From Raillietiella orientalis (Eukaryota), in assembly GCA_036172245.1 (NCBI GenBank), contig JAYWIR010000005.1, positions 2,046,001 through 2,110,000 on the forward strand: DNA of 64,000 bases. Reading direction: 5' to 3'. The translations under genes and the position numbers were made by a program. Below, one piece after another: positions 26,151 through 36,090 of this stretch (positions are counted from its first letter, which is position 1; each line of letters starts with the position of its first letter). The notes under the pieces were generated by a model. It saw only the letters and a program-made list of their open reading frames with translations. It was not told the DNA's origin and did not search any database.

Positions 26151-27474
26151 ACACTCGGTCAAGCCGGGGCATTTATTGAAAAATTCTAGCTGGTACAAGC
26201 TGGTACGAAGCCCCAGTAAGGCCAATCATACAGTGTACCTGCCGGGTCGTCAGTACGCAGACTGACGGGAGTCTCCTCGGCAGCGGAGGGGGATGGGGAG
26301 AGAACAAAAGCCAAAAATAAAATAAAAATGGATACAAAAAAGCACTCTGGAGTGGAAAGGAAGGGATCATGGCCCTCTGGAGGCGGGATCCATCCTTCGC
26401 AGGATCCTGGCGAGGTCCTTCCGGAATAACCTCAGGTGGGGCCATCGGGTGGCTATTCGCAGGAAGCGAACTGCATATTCGACGACGTCCCTTTGGTTGC
26501 TTCCTGCTGCGTCGCCGCCGCTCCAGGAAGCTACAATCCCGCGCATGCAGCAAAGTGCTGCCAAGGCTGCGGCTGGCTGCAGGCCATCCTCACGAAGAGG
26601 AGGCGTATGATGTTCCTGGGGATGCTGCCACCGGGCATTCGGAGGGTCTCGGCAAACCGTTCCCAAAGGGGCCGGAGGGCAACACAGTCTACTAGCAGGT
26701 GCAAGAGGGATTCTTTTTCCCCGCACCTGCTGCAATTCGGGCTCACCCTCCCCAACGTCCACCACTGAACGTTGGGGAAGGTGGGATAGAAGTGTGCAGT
26801 GTGCGGGGATAAGGAATCCCTCCCCACCTGTTAGTGGACTGCGCTGCCCTCCGGCCCTTGTGGGAACGTTTTGCTACGACCCTCCGGATGCCGGTCGGCA
26901 GTACCCCCAGAGACGTTGTGAGACTCCTCTTCGTGCGAGACGCCCTGCCACCAGCCTCAACTCTGGCAGCGCTCTGCTGCCTCCGAGGGATTGTGGCCGC
27001 CTGGAGCGCAGCCAACAGAGGAAGCAGCGACAGGGACCCCATCGTACACGCGGGTCGCTACCTGCGAATCGCGATCGGCTGGTCCCATCTGGGAGCTATG
27101 ACGAGGGACCTCGAGGGCATCCTGGAAAGGATGGTCTCTTTTTCCAGCGGGCCGTGATCCCTTCCCGGCCCTCCAAATAGTTTCTTTTTTTTTTGTTTGT
27201 TTCATTTATTTTTCTTTTTGTTTTACCCCTATCCTCTCCGCTGCCGAGGAGAGTCAAGCCGGTCTGCGAACCGGCTTCCTGGCAGGTCCCATGAACTATT
27301 GGCCGTAGCGGGGCCTAGTACCGCAAATGTAAAGTGTTCATTAATAAACGCCCCGTGGTGACCCGGTGAGAACTCCCTAACGTCCAGTGATGCCAGAATG
27401 CGTTGCAGGGAAGACCCCAGTGCAATATCAGCAGCGCCGACTGCTGCCATTTGAGGGGCAGGGTGGTCATGTTT
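26151..27474 (-). mobile_element. 5'-truncated LINE inserted into the APE domain of host X
   Basis: Perfect 17-bp TSD CGTACGGTTCGACGTTG at 26134-26150 and 27475-27491. Encodes LPLKWQQSALLILHWGLPCNAFWHHWTLG|RVSPNCSRCGEKESLLHLLVDC. Confidence 0.9.
26762..27372 (+). mobile_element. 5'-truncated LINE inserted antisense into the 26151-27474 copy
   Basis: 14-bp TSD with one mismatch, CTCCC(C/T)AACGTCCA, at 26748-26761 and 27373-27386. Contains CAVCGDKESLPHLLVDC and ends with the family motif plus AGAA. Confidence 0.9.
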
Positions 27475-27491
27475 CGTACGGTTCGACGTTG

Positions 27492-27570
27492 CCACCTGGT
27501 CACGCCGGGGCGTTTATTACAAACTGACAACAATTGCAGTATAAGGTCCCGCTGCGGCCAATAAAATAAG
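27492..27570 (-). mobile_element. ~80 bp LINE 3' stub
   Basis: Terminal motif (reverse complement) CACCTGGTCACGCCGGGGCGTTTATT, flanked by GGTTCGACG at 27480 and 27571. Confidence 0.75.
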
Positions 27571-28882
27571 GGTTCGACGCGGAAGGTCGGGTCGGCCAGC
27601 TTGTGCTCAAGTGGTCCGACTCGATCGACCCCGTCGTTACCAACGTCTATACGAGAGTGGCTGCCACCTGCATAGGGAACGGAAAGACTTTTTCGACTCC
27701 CTGAAGCGCGGATGGCTGGATGGCACAAGCGTCTGCAAGGCCCACCTGATTGCAGGCGATTTCAACGAGCGATGCGGATGCGTTTTTCCGTCTCTCTCGT
27801 TGTCAGACTTTCTTGGGCTTCATCTTGGTGTTGTGCGTCCAGAAGACGATGTCAACCCCATCTCAAGCCATAGAAGCTGGAGGAGCCACGCCCGCATCTG
27901 CAGCCGCGGAACCGATGGCCGCATCCACTTCGTCTTTCTCGCCAACGGCGAGAAGTTCTGCTGACGTTGCTGCAGCCGCAGCCTTCAAAGGGGGACACCC
28001 CGATGAAGCGGAGTGGCGGCCCAAGGCTACAAGCCCGCACTCCGTTATCAGGTGAGTGGGTTTCTTTCCGTCCTTTTTAAATAAATGCCCCGGCTTGACT
28101 GGGTGCCAATGTCGGAGAGCAATGCTCCGACTGGGAAAGAGGAATCGCCGGCATCAGCTTTTAAGGCAGGCGCTCAGGCAGCGCCTCAGGCGTCCACGCC
28201 TAAAATCGACGGATCGCTCGCGTGCAAAGGCGCCAGCGAATCGCAAGATCGCGACGGCGGATGGACGGTGGTGGACCGGAGCAAAAGGAAGAGTCTTCCT
28301 AAGAATGCTCCTCAGCCTCCGTCCGTCACGCTTTGCAGGGCGAAAAACTGACGCGCCCTGAAGACTTGCGCGAAGCTTCCAATGGCAAACCACGAAACAA
28401 TCATCCCCGGGAAGGAACGCTCGTCTCCTGGCAGCACCTTGAAGGCCGGTGGCGACCGTGCCCTCCAGCCAGTCGTTCTGCTCACCGTCCGCTCGCCGGA
28501 CAAAAGGAGCAAAAAAACGCCGCCTTCCCAGCTGTGATGCGGGGAATCGCGTCTTCTCGTCGTCTGTCCGTCGCGTGTTGGAACGTGAACGGTCTGCAGA
28601 ACGACGAGAAGAGGCGATTGGTAGCGAACGCCCTGCGCCCCTTCGACCTCGTGCTCCTGCAGGAGATTCACGTAATCTTCGACGAGCAGGCAGAGGAAAT
28701 CGAGGAGCGCGCAGGCGGTGCGGCGACCCACACACGGCGGCGTCGCGTTCCTCTCAAGAGGAAAATTGGCGAGAGCGGTGCGTGGCGTTCGATTCGACGA
28801 TGATGGCCTGGTGGGCCAACTTGTTGTCAAGTGGTCCGAGTCCATCGATCTCGTCGTGACGAACATCTACGCGCCGAGTGGC

Positions 28883-28963
28883 TCCAGCCACCTCATAACA
28901 TCTGCTGTGCTAATTGGCAACCAGACTTCGCCAAACTCTCGACCGATAGGTGGATTATACACA
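28883..28963 (+). repeat. 81-bp inverted duplicate of Rep segment 29782-29862
   Basis: Reverse complement of 29782-29862 with one mismatch (ATAACA vs ATATCA). Encodes QPPHNICCANWQPDFAKLSTDRWIIH on the + strand. Confidence 0.95.
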
Positions 28964-29446
28964 ACTCATCAGAAATATCTACCCCTGACATATGCTTCAT
29001 CACATGGAAGCGATTAAATCCAATGATAGCCTTTGTTTCAAAATCTAAACCACTGCCTCCACCACAATCTACCCAAGGGCACTCCCAATATCTATCTAAC
29101 ACAACTCCATCTACTGCCACTTTTTTCAACAAGTACGCCTTCCCGTCCACACGGACACCCCTTACACCAAAATAACGTGAGAAACAACCAAACGTCTCAT
29201 CATGAGCACCGACACGATTCATCACATCATTATAAGAATGCCCAGCCAAATTTCCAAAATGCTCTCCTTGAGCAGCAGCCTGATACAGTACCATATTTCT
29301 ATACGATGCTTTCATTCCAAACTCCTCCGCCATATTGCCAATCGTCAAATCAAGAGACATTGGCTCCACCTTCGTTGCGCAACCCTTAATCTTCACATAA
29401 CGGTAATAACGCGCATACTGTTCGAGGTTTAATTGCCTCAGTGTTG
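28962..29446 (-). pseudogene. cap: CRESS virus capsid, central part (inverted segment)
   Basis: Open frame with EQYARYYRYVKIKGCATKVEP and CPWVD, resembling the Y.YY.I....K..P and PW(I/V)D motifs of circovirus-like jelly-roll capsids. Confidence 0.7.
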
Positions 29447-29572
29447 AAAGAGGCGTGTCAGTCTGGTGTGTGCCCAAAAAATGGAAGAATGAGTAAGGGT
29501 TTTCCAATATACAAGGTGACCTCAAAGTATTATGTAATGTTTAAACATCTGAGAGATGTTGGTCTGTATTAA
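29447..29572 (+). pseudogene. cap: CRESS virus capsid C-terminus (not in the ORF track)
   Basis: Reads KEACQSGVCPKNGRMSKGFPIYKVTSKYYVMFKHLRDVGLY*. YYVxFK is the typical last beta-strand of CRESS capsids. The stop overlaps ATTAAA and converges on the Rep stop 30 nt away. Confidence 0.7.
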
Positions 29573-29602
29573 AGAGGCAATAACAAAATCAATATAATTG
29601 TT

Positions 29603-30707
29603 TTATCGGTCTACTGCATCGTAAGAGGTGGAGGGTGGTGACAATGTGAAAATGGATGATGGTGCAGGCGAGTCAGAGGCTTCTTCTGGTCTACAGCTTG
29701 AAGAAGAAGGCCATGGGAGAATGCTTCCATCTTCCCCAATCTGCCAAGGCACTTTTTTACTGAGTGAAGAACTGGCAATGCTGTGTATAATCCACCTATC
29801 GGTCGAGAGTTTGGCGAAGTCTGGTTGCCAATTAGCACAGCAGATGATATGAGGTGGCTGGAAGTATTTTAAACTCCCTTGATACTTTGAATCAAAGATG
29901 ATGCCGTTCTTCAAGGATTCGATGAAGCCGCACTGCACGTGCTCCATGTTGTCTTTGGTGAAGTCAACCATGATTATTCTTTCTCCATTATAAGGATGGG
30001 CCGCATCGGCTTTGCGGCGGGAATGCATGTAAATTGCGTCCTTCTTGAGAAATAGAAATTTTGCCATCGTCGTTTTGCCGATGTTGCCACGGGTATCGTA
30101 ATACCAGTGGATTTTTCGTTGGCTTGGCTTGCGGCGGATGATGTCCAATATATCCATCTGCCATTGCTTGAGTTGGAGATGTGCTATGGGGTTGGGGTGT
30201 TGTCTGGTCCGGGAGAGGCGGAAACATTCTTTAATAAAATTGATATTTTTAGAGTAGAACTGTGTATGGTTCTCAAGTATGTAAAGTTTATCCGCTACAT
30301 TCTTATTAATTGAAGTATCTAGGAGAGAAATAGTATTTGATTTTGTTGTCAGTGATTTTCGTTACGTACCTGCTCTTGATAAGACTTTGGTTCGACTGTC
30401 TCATTGAGTGCTCCGAAGGTCCATGGGTTTTTATCTTCTTTGCTGCAGTACCGTATGTTGCTCTGCGGCGTGCCCTTGGCTCGCTCGAGATGCGTCTTGT
30501 GGAAGGGTTTGCGGTGCAAACCTGGCAGCGTGCGAGGCTCTTTCAGTTGCATGTAGCCTTGCAAGTGCAGTGTTCCTGCTTCCGCAGTTTCTCAGCCGAA
30601 GCGTGCGAAGAGGCAGTTAAGTCGACACCCTTGTTTTATCTCTTTAAATTCGTCTCCTGTGTAGTTACAGAATGTGACGCACCAGTGGAAGTTAGAGCGT
30701 AAGGCAT
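29603..30707 (-). pseudogene. rep: CRESS virus replication initiator (HUH endonuclease + SF3 helicase), ~368 codons, three lesions
   Basis: Motif I WCVTFCN, motif II LHLQG, motif III YCSKE, LKQWQ, Walker A region YDTRGNIGKT, Walker B IMVDF, ESLKNGIIFDSKY, and motif C ICCAN. Lesions: frameshift just after the ATG (30707), in-frame TGA at 30592-30594, and a frameshift at ~30360. Confidence 0.95.
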
Positions 30708-30759
30708 GATTATCAGAAATTCACTGAAGGTGAGACTACGGTTCGGATGTAATCGATGG

Positions 30760-30767
30760 TTTATATA
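30760..30767 (-). promoter_or_regulatory. Putative rep TATA box
   Basis: TATATAAA on the minus strand, about 53 nt upstream of the rep ATG. Confidence 0.6.
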
Positions 30768-30802
30768 CTGGCTAACTGCGCAGTATTTTTAATTTTTTGT
30801 GA

Positions 30803-30834
30803 GCACAATCTGGTCAGTATTACCTAGATTGCGC
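30803..30834 (+). promoter_or_regulatory. Rolling-circle origin stem-loop with nonanucleotide CAGTATTAC
   Basis: GCACAATCTGG-T-CAGTATTAC-CTAGATTGCGC forms an 11-bp stem with one G-T and one A-C pair. The nonamer at 30815-30823 fits NAGTATTAC. Confidence 0.92.
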
Positions 30835-30875
30835 AGTAATCATCCGACGCCGTGGGAAATTGTTGTGTAAGCAGA

Positions 30876-30883
30876 TATTTAAA
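30876..30883 (+). promoter_or_regulatory. Putative cap TATA box
   Basis: TATTTAAA about 46 nt upstream of ATG 30922 (MRKAISFSAVVSGETRPRGRL), on the opposite side of the origin from rep. Confidence 0.4.
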
Positions 30884-31417
30884 GTGTCTGGTTTGTGTCC
30901 GCAGTCGTGGAAGACTTAGGAATGCGGAAGGCGATAAGCTTTTCAGCTGTCGTGTCTGGCGAAACCCGACCTCGTGGAAGACTCGTCTGCTTGCACTCTT
31001 CGAGCAAGTGTAGAGCCACTGGCTCAACACCACCGGCCCCCAAGTGGCGCACCTCGTCGCAGGGGACTTCAATGTCCACCTGCTCTCTGACGAATGGAGC
31101 TGCCGAGGGAGCGCTCGCTGGACATCGAGATGTGCGCGTCAGTGCGCTCTGCCAACTTGATGGTAGGCGTACCTGAGATGCCAAGATCGCCGGATCACAT
31201 CTTCCTCGATGACAACCTGCATTATCGTGTGGGGAGGAGAGGAAGATTGCCGTCCGGACTTTCTGACCATCACAGGTTGAAGTTCGAGCTCCTTTTGCAA
31301 GGCAAGGGACCTCCGTTGAACAACTGGAGGATGCCGGCGGACTGGCTTAGCCATCCGGAGGCGGCGGAACATCTCCCTCAGCACCTTCGGGGCTTCGTCA
31401 TTTGGGAGCTCGCTTCT

Positions 31418-31720
31418 CACTCGGCGCCGGGGCGTTTATTCCTTCGAATGAAACAAGGAGAATCTGTAGCTTAACCAGTGGTCCAGCCACGCGCGAACAA
31501 ACAATAGAGAGCCTGCTGGGTCACCGGTTCTCAGACCGGTACGGTCCACCACGACAGCACAGAGAGGGGCGGACAAAACAAAAAGAAAAACAAAAAAAAT
31601 AAATAGAAAAAGTATCTGGTGGGCACGGGAAGAAATCATAGTCTGCTGGGGTGCCATTACATCCTTTCTAGGATGCCAGCAAGCTCTTCCTTCATGTGCG
31701 TGTCCAGCTGAGCCTACTTT
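31418..31720 (-). mobile_element. LINE 3' end fragment inserted in Y
   Basis: Terminal motif (reverse complement) CACTCGGCGCCGGGGCGTTTATT plus a T-rich 3' UTR. Confidence 0.65.
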
Positions 31721-31725
31721 AATGT

Positions 31726-32742
31726 GTGCCTGCACGCATTCTACTGCTAAGATGCGCCGGCAGCGGAGGACTGCTCTCGCTGTTACCGGGCACGCAATAC
31801 AGGAAGCGAGGTTTCGGCTATCCATTGCGGCAATCGGTCGCACTTCTGGAAGCCCACTCGTGGATCTCCCCAATGAACTTCGACGCTTGGCGGCAGGAGT
31901 CTGTTGAATCCTGGGCGGCGTTCCAAGGAATGCACCCTGAAGATCTTCGCCCCCTGCGCCATCTTCTTCCGCGACCTTTGGAAGAGGTACTGCAGGACGA
32001 GGTGAAGTTTTCCACCCTGGCCGCCACGCCTCGCGCCGCAGCGCTGTCTGCCCTCAGGGCAAGAAATGATAGTTGCCGACCGGCGAGGTGGGAGGTTTCC
32101 TGCATTATAACAGGAAGAACAAAACACCTCGGCGCCTGGAAGACGACAGAGTTGGCGGACGCCGCCACTCCTCGTGCTACTGCGAAGGGACTCCTTTGTT
32201 GGGGAGCAGAACTTGGTGTCACCCCCGAAGAACTTGTAGTCCCTCCACAGTTTGTTGACAGTTCGCTGCTCCCCCTTGCTTGGAAACAAGCCGTGCTGTT
32301 CTTCGTTCACTGGGGTTTTCAGTGCAACGAGCGTTGGCATCGTATCTCCGGGGGACTTGTATCTGCAAACTGCGTTCGGTGCAGGACGACGGAGTCGATC
32401 CCGCACCTACTTTTGGACTGCGGTGTCCTACAAGGATCCTGGCGGAGGCTGGCAACAGCACTCTTGCATCCCGTGGACACCGCAAGAGACTTGCTGCGAC
32501 GATTCTTCACGCCGAGAAGGCTATCTACAAGCTCAAGGATTGCAACCATCGGTTGCATACGCGCAATGGTTTCAGTCCGTCAGGCGCTGGTGATCAACGG
32601 GCAGCACCAAGAGGTAGCCGGCGAAGCATCCTCCTATATGGAAGCGGCCTTCAGATGGCCTCATTCGACAGAGGAGTCAAGAAGGGATCTCGCCGACATA
32701 CACCGCCGGTTTACACACGCTCCGCAGCGGCGCACCCAGTGA
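31726..32742 (+). pseudogene. Open C-terminal third of LINE ORF2 (post-RT region and zinc knuckle)
   Basis: 338-aa ORF containing WKQAVLFFVHWGFQCNERW and CVRCRTTESIPHLLLDC; homologous to the other LINE C-termini in the window. Confidence 0.85.
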
Positions 32743-33482
32743 CCCTTGCCCCTCACTCCATGTAATTGTTTCTGCATTTTTCGTTTACACTCGCGTCCCC
32801 ATAGGCTCTGGAACATCCCAGGTGCTCCTTGTTCTAATCCTCGTGAGTGTGGAGGCTAACCAAAGAACCGTTACCCTTCCCTCCCTTTTTGTTTTTTTTT
32901 TTGTTATCCCCTAACTCCTCCCATGTTGCGAGCAGTTTGTTTACCCGGCCTGCATATCGGTAACTTCTCTATGTTCTCTGTCGTTGTGTTGGTTGGGGAC
33001 ATTGTCCCTGACCGGGTTATTATCAATAAGCCCCCCCGCGTGACCGGGTGATAAATTTCAACATTCGCCTGCTGTCAGGTGCGGCGAGGATAGAGGCCAC
33101 CCCGATTAACGAGATGTGAGCTGCGGTGCATGCGTCCTACTTGTTAGCCGGGGACACCGGAATGGAGGGGAGCGTGGACCACGCCTTCTTCGACGAGCAC
33201 CTGCGCTCTCGCATGGATAGGCGAGGTAAGATGCCGTCCGATGTCTCCGACCACTCCCGTGTGGAACCCATTATTCGCTTGCACGACAGGGGACCCCCTC
33301 TTGCAGGCGTGGCGTCTACCGGGGGACTGGCCGACCAAGCCAGGCGCAGAGGCACACTTCCGCGCGTTCTTGCGAGGTTTCAGCGTGCAGACGCTCGACG
33401 ACTGGGACGATCTAAAAGTCTCGGTCCGAGAGTTCTGCCAGCAGTTCCCCATGGACCGTCTCCCAAGAGGATTTGGCATTGC

Positions 33483-34780
33483 CATTCGGATACGTCGGGA
33501 CGTTTATTCAAAGTCATTACAAAACGTGGTACAAGGCCCCACCAACGGCCAACACAACGCCGGGCCTGCCGGGACGCCAGGAAGCAGACCAGAGTGACTC
33601 TCCTCGGCAGTGGAAGGAGATGGAGAAAAAACAAAAAGACAAATAAAACAATAAGAAAAAAAAGAGTTTGGAGGGTCGGGAAGGGATAACTGTCCACTGG
33701 GAGGAAGGTCCATTCTTTGCAGGATGCCCTCGAGGTCCTTCTGCATGTGTCCCAGTTGGGGCCATCCAGTTTCTCTCACCAGGAAGCGAACAGCATACGG
33801 GATGATGTCCCTCTCGTTTTGATCTTCATCCTAAACTTCAATCCAAGCCTCCACAATTCCACGGATGCAGCAGAGTGTTTCCAGGGCTGCGGCTGGCTGC
33901 AGGGCGTTCCTGCAGCCAGCACGAAGAGAAACCGGAAAACGTCTCTGGGGGTGCTGACAACCGGCATCCGGAGGGTCGTAGCAAAACATTCCCACAAAAG
34001 CCGGAGGGCAGCGTGCAGTTCACTAACAGATGGGGGAGGGATTCCTTCTCCCCGCACACTGCACAGTTCTGTCCCACCTTCCCCAACGTCCAGTGGTGGC
34101 GGCGCGCGTTGCAGGGAAGACCCCAGTGCAACAACAGCAGCGCCATTTCCTGCCAATTGAGGGGGAGGGTGGATGCGTCTCTAAATAACGGGGGCCACTT
34201 TAGGTCATCCACCGGGATGTCAAGCAGCTCGCCCCATCTCCGTATTCCATGAGGGTGAACGCTTGGGGTTGCGGCGTCTGCCAGTTCCCTCATTGTCCAC
34301 CCGCTTAGATACTTCTCCTTGCCCGCTATCCGGCAGGATACTTGCCATCTCGGCTTCCGGCTATTTTGAAGCGCCTTTCGTAGGAAGGGCAGCGCTGTGG
34401 CCAGTGGGGCCGTCTCCGCCCAAGTGCTTCTGGCGGACACTCGATCATGTTCCGCAGCGTGCAGCGGGTGTAGATGCCGGGACGCAGGCGGTTGCAGGAT
34501 TCTCCACTAGGTTGGTTTAACTTCACCCACGTGCCAACTGTTTCTTCCAGCCATGCACTGAAATTGGCGGGGCTGCAGGCCATACATCCGTTCTCTTTTG
34601 CCAGGGTGGCCAGGCGTCCGAGGAGAAGACTGCATCTTCTTATTTTCTGGCCGGGGCACAGAAGAAAAGACGCGAGTCCTTCGGTCCCGGACACACACCT
34701 GACGAGGAGGCGGGCCGGAACGCACCCGTTCCGGCAGGAGGAAATTGCCTTCCAGGAACGGGCCGAAGTAGGTGCTCAAG
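33483..34780 (-). mobile_element. 5'-truncated LINE inserted in host X between APE and RT
   Basis: Terminal motif at ~33483-33509; LPLNWQEMALLLLHWGLPCNARRHHWTLGKVGQNCAVCGEKESLPHLL and FGPFLEGNFLLPERV. Confidence 0.8.
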
Positions 34781-35269
34781 AGCAGCGGACTTTTGGAAGA
34801 GTATGGGGAATGAGAGGGCTTTCTTGCAGGCGCGATCATGGCAAAGGCGGCCAGACTTACGTCGACTGGCGAAATTTCGAGCGGGGGCCGAGCGTTAGGT
34901 CTGCAGTACGGCTCGTCCACCTTGCGGGAAGAAAGCGGCCTGAAATGCTTGGCCCCACAGCAGGTAAAGCTCATTGTGAGCAATTGCCACTCCTCCGTTT
35001 ACGCAAAGATGCCACTAGAGCGCAACTTCTCACGGTGTTTGCTGCCAGAAGATGCTCCAGTGTTAGGGGGAGGTGTTAGGGGGAGGCACAGCAGTAGCTC
35101 TCAGAGCCTTTCTCGATCGCCGAAATCATCGGCACCGTCGGAAAGCTCCGAAAGAGAAAAGCGAAAGGGGAGGACGGCTGTCCGCAGAGTTTTACAGAGC
35201 TTCCCGGCAGAGCTCACACCCCTGGTGCAGAAGATGGAACTGCTGACTCGGGAAAAGGTTCGTGAAATT

Positions 35270-36090
35270 CCTGCCTCGTTCCGGTCAGCTAAAGTAAAAC
35301 TCCTCCCGAAAATAGGAGACCTACACAACATCGGCAACTGGCGACCCAATACAGACGCTAAGTTGATGGCGAAGCTGTGGTCCAAGAGAATCGGACGGGT
35401 GGCCGAAACGTTCATAAGTCCGTAGCAGACGTACGTTGTTCCCGACCAATCGATGGAAGTCAACTTGTTCCTCTCGCGTAACTGGCTCGCGTTGCAACAC
35501 TGGGGTGACAGCAGTCCCTGGGGATCTCGATTCCCCAAGAGTTAGGGACAGGAAGGCCCTCTGTTGGGGGATGCGTCGGGAGCCGTTGCGATTGTGCAAA
35601 GCGTTCGACTGAGTCGACCAGGAGCTCTTTCTGGAGCTTTTAGAAAGCATGGGATTTCCGGCCGTGTTCCTGACCTACCTGTGCTCCTGCTGGCGCTTCG
35701 CGTTTATGAATATCAGCTTCAGCGGCCGGCACGTGTACAGCGTGCCAGTTCAGCGTGGCATAAGACAGGGTGACAGCCTCAGTCCCCTGCTCTTTAGCAT
35801 CTATTTCGAGTTGGTGCTGGGGGCGTCCAGGGAGACTTTGGCAACCCTACAGAGCTGGTGTCCCGGCACGCCCGCCGTGTCGGCCTACGCAGACGAGCTT
35901 CTGCTGCTGCTCCCCGGGTCAACCCTGGCGTCTGCGCTCGAGGATTTCTTCGAGCTGCCGCGGGACAGGCCTGGAGGTGAACAGGCCGAAGTCGTCAATA
36001 ATATCTACAGATTCGTAGCAGGACGGCCGGACTGGATCCGCTTGAGGATCCCCACGAGAGGGTACTTCAAGTACCTTGGCGTTCCGCTGG
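35270..36090 (+). pseudogene. LINE reverse transcriptase domain of host X (frameshifted)
   Basis: KVKLLPKIGDLHNIGNWRP..NTDAKLMAK, QRGIRQGDSLSPLLF, AYADE and FKYLGV. Confidence 0.92.

Larger units (their letters stand above)
28883..30985. mobile_element. Endogenous CRESS-DNA virus element (near-complete ambisense genome, rearranged)
   Basis: AT-richer block interrupting the LINE APE between NIYAPSG and LFEQV..HLVAGDFN. Contains Rep, capsid pieces and a nonanucleotide stem-loop. The right boundary is uncertain by about 100 bp. Confidence 0.93.
27767..33054 (+). mobile_element. Internally deleted LINE ('Y') inserted at the GDFN codons of host X; carries the viral insertion
   Basis: 8-bp TSD ATTTCAAC at 27759-27766 and 33055-33062; removing Y restores GDFNIRLL. 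Contains a probable 5' UTR/ORF1 start, the APE motif VACWNVNGL..LLQEIHV, a C-terminal ORF and the terminal motif at 33025-33050. Confidence 0.75.

Noticed and set aside
28893..29525. 210-aa minus-strand ORF as a complete capsid gene in a unisense virus
   Set aside because: Its last ~22 aa are antisense Rep from the inverted duplicate, and its first ~26 aa are antisense of the real capsid C-terminus. It is a rearrangement chimera.
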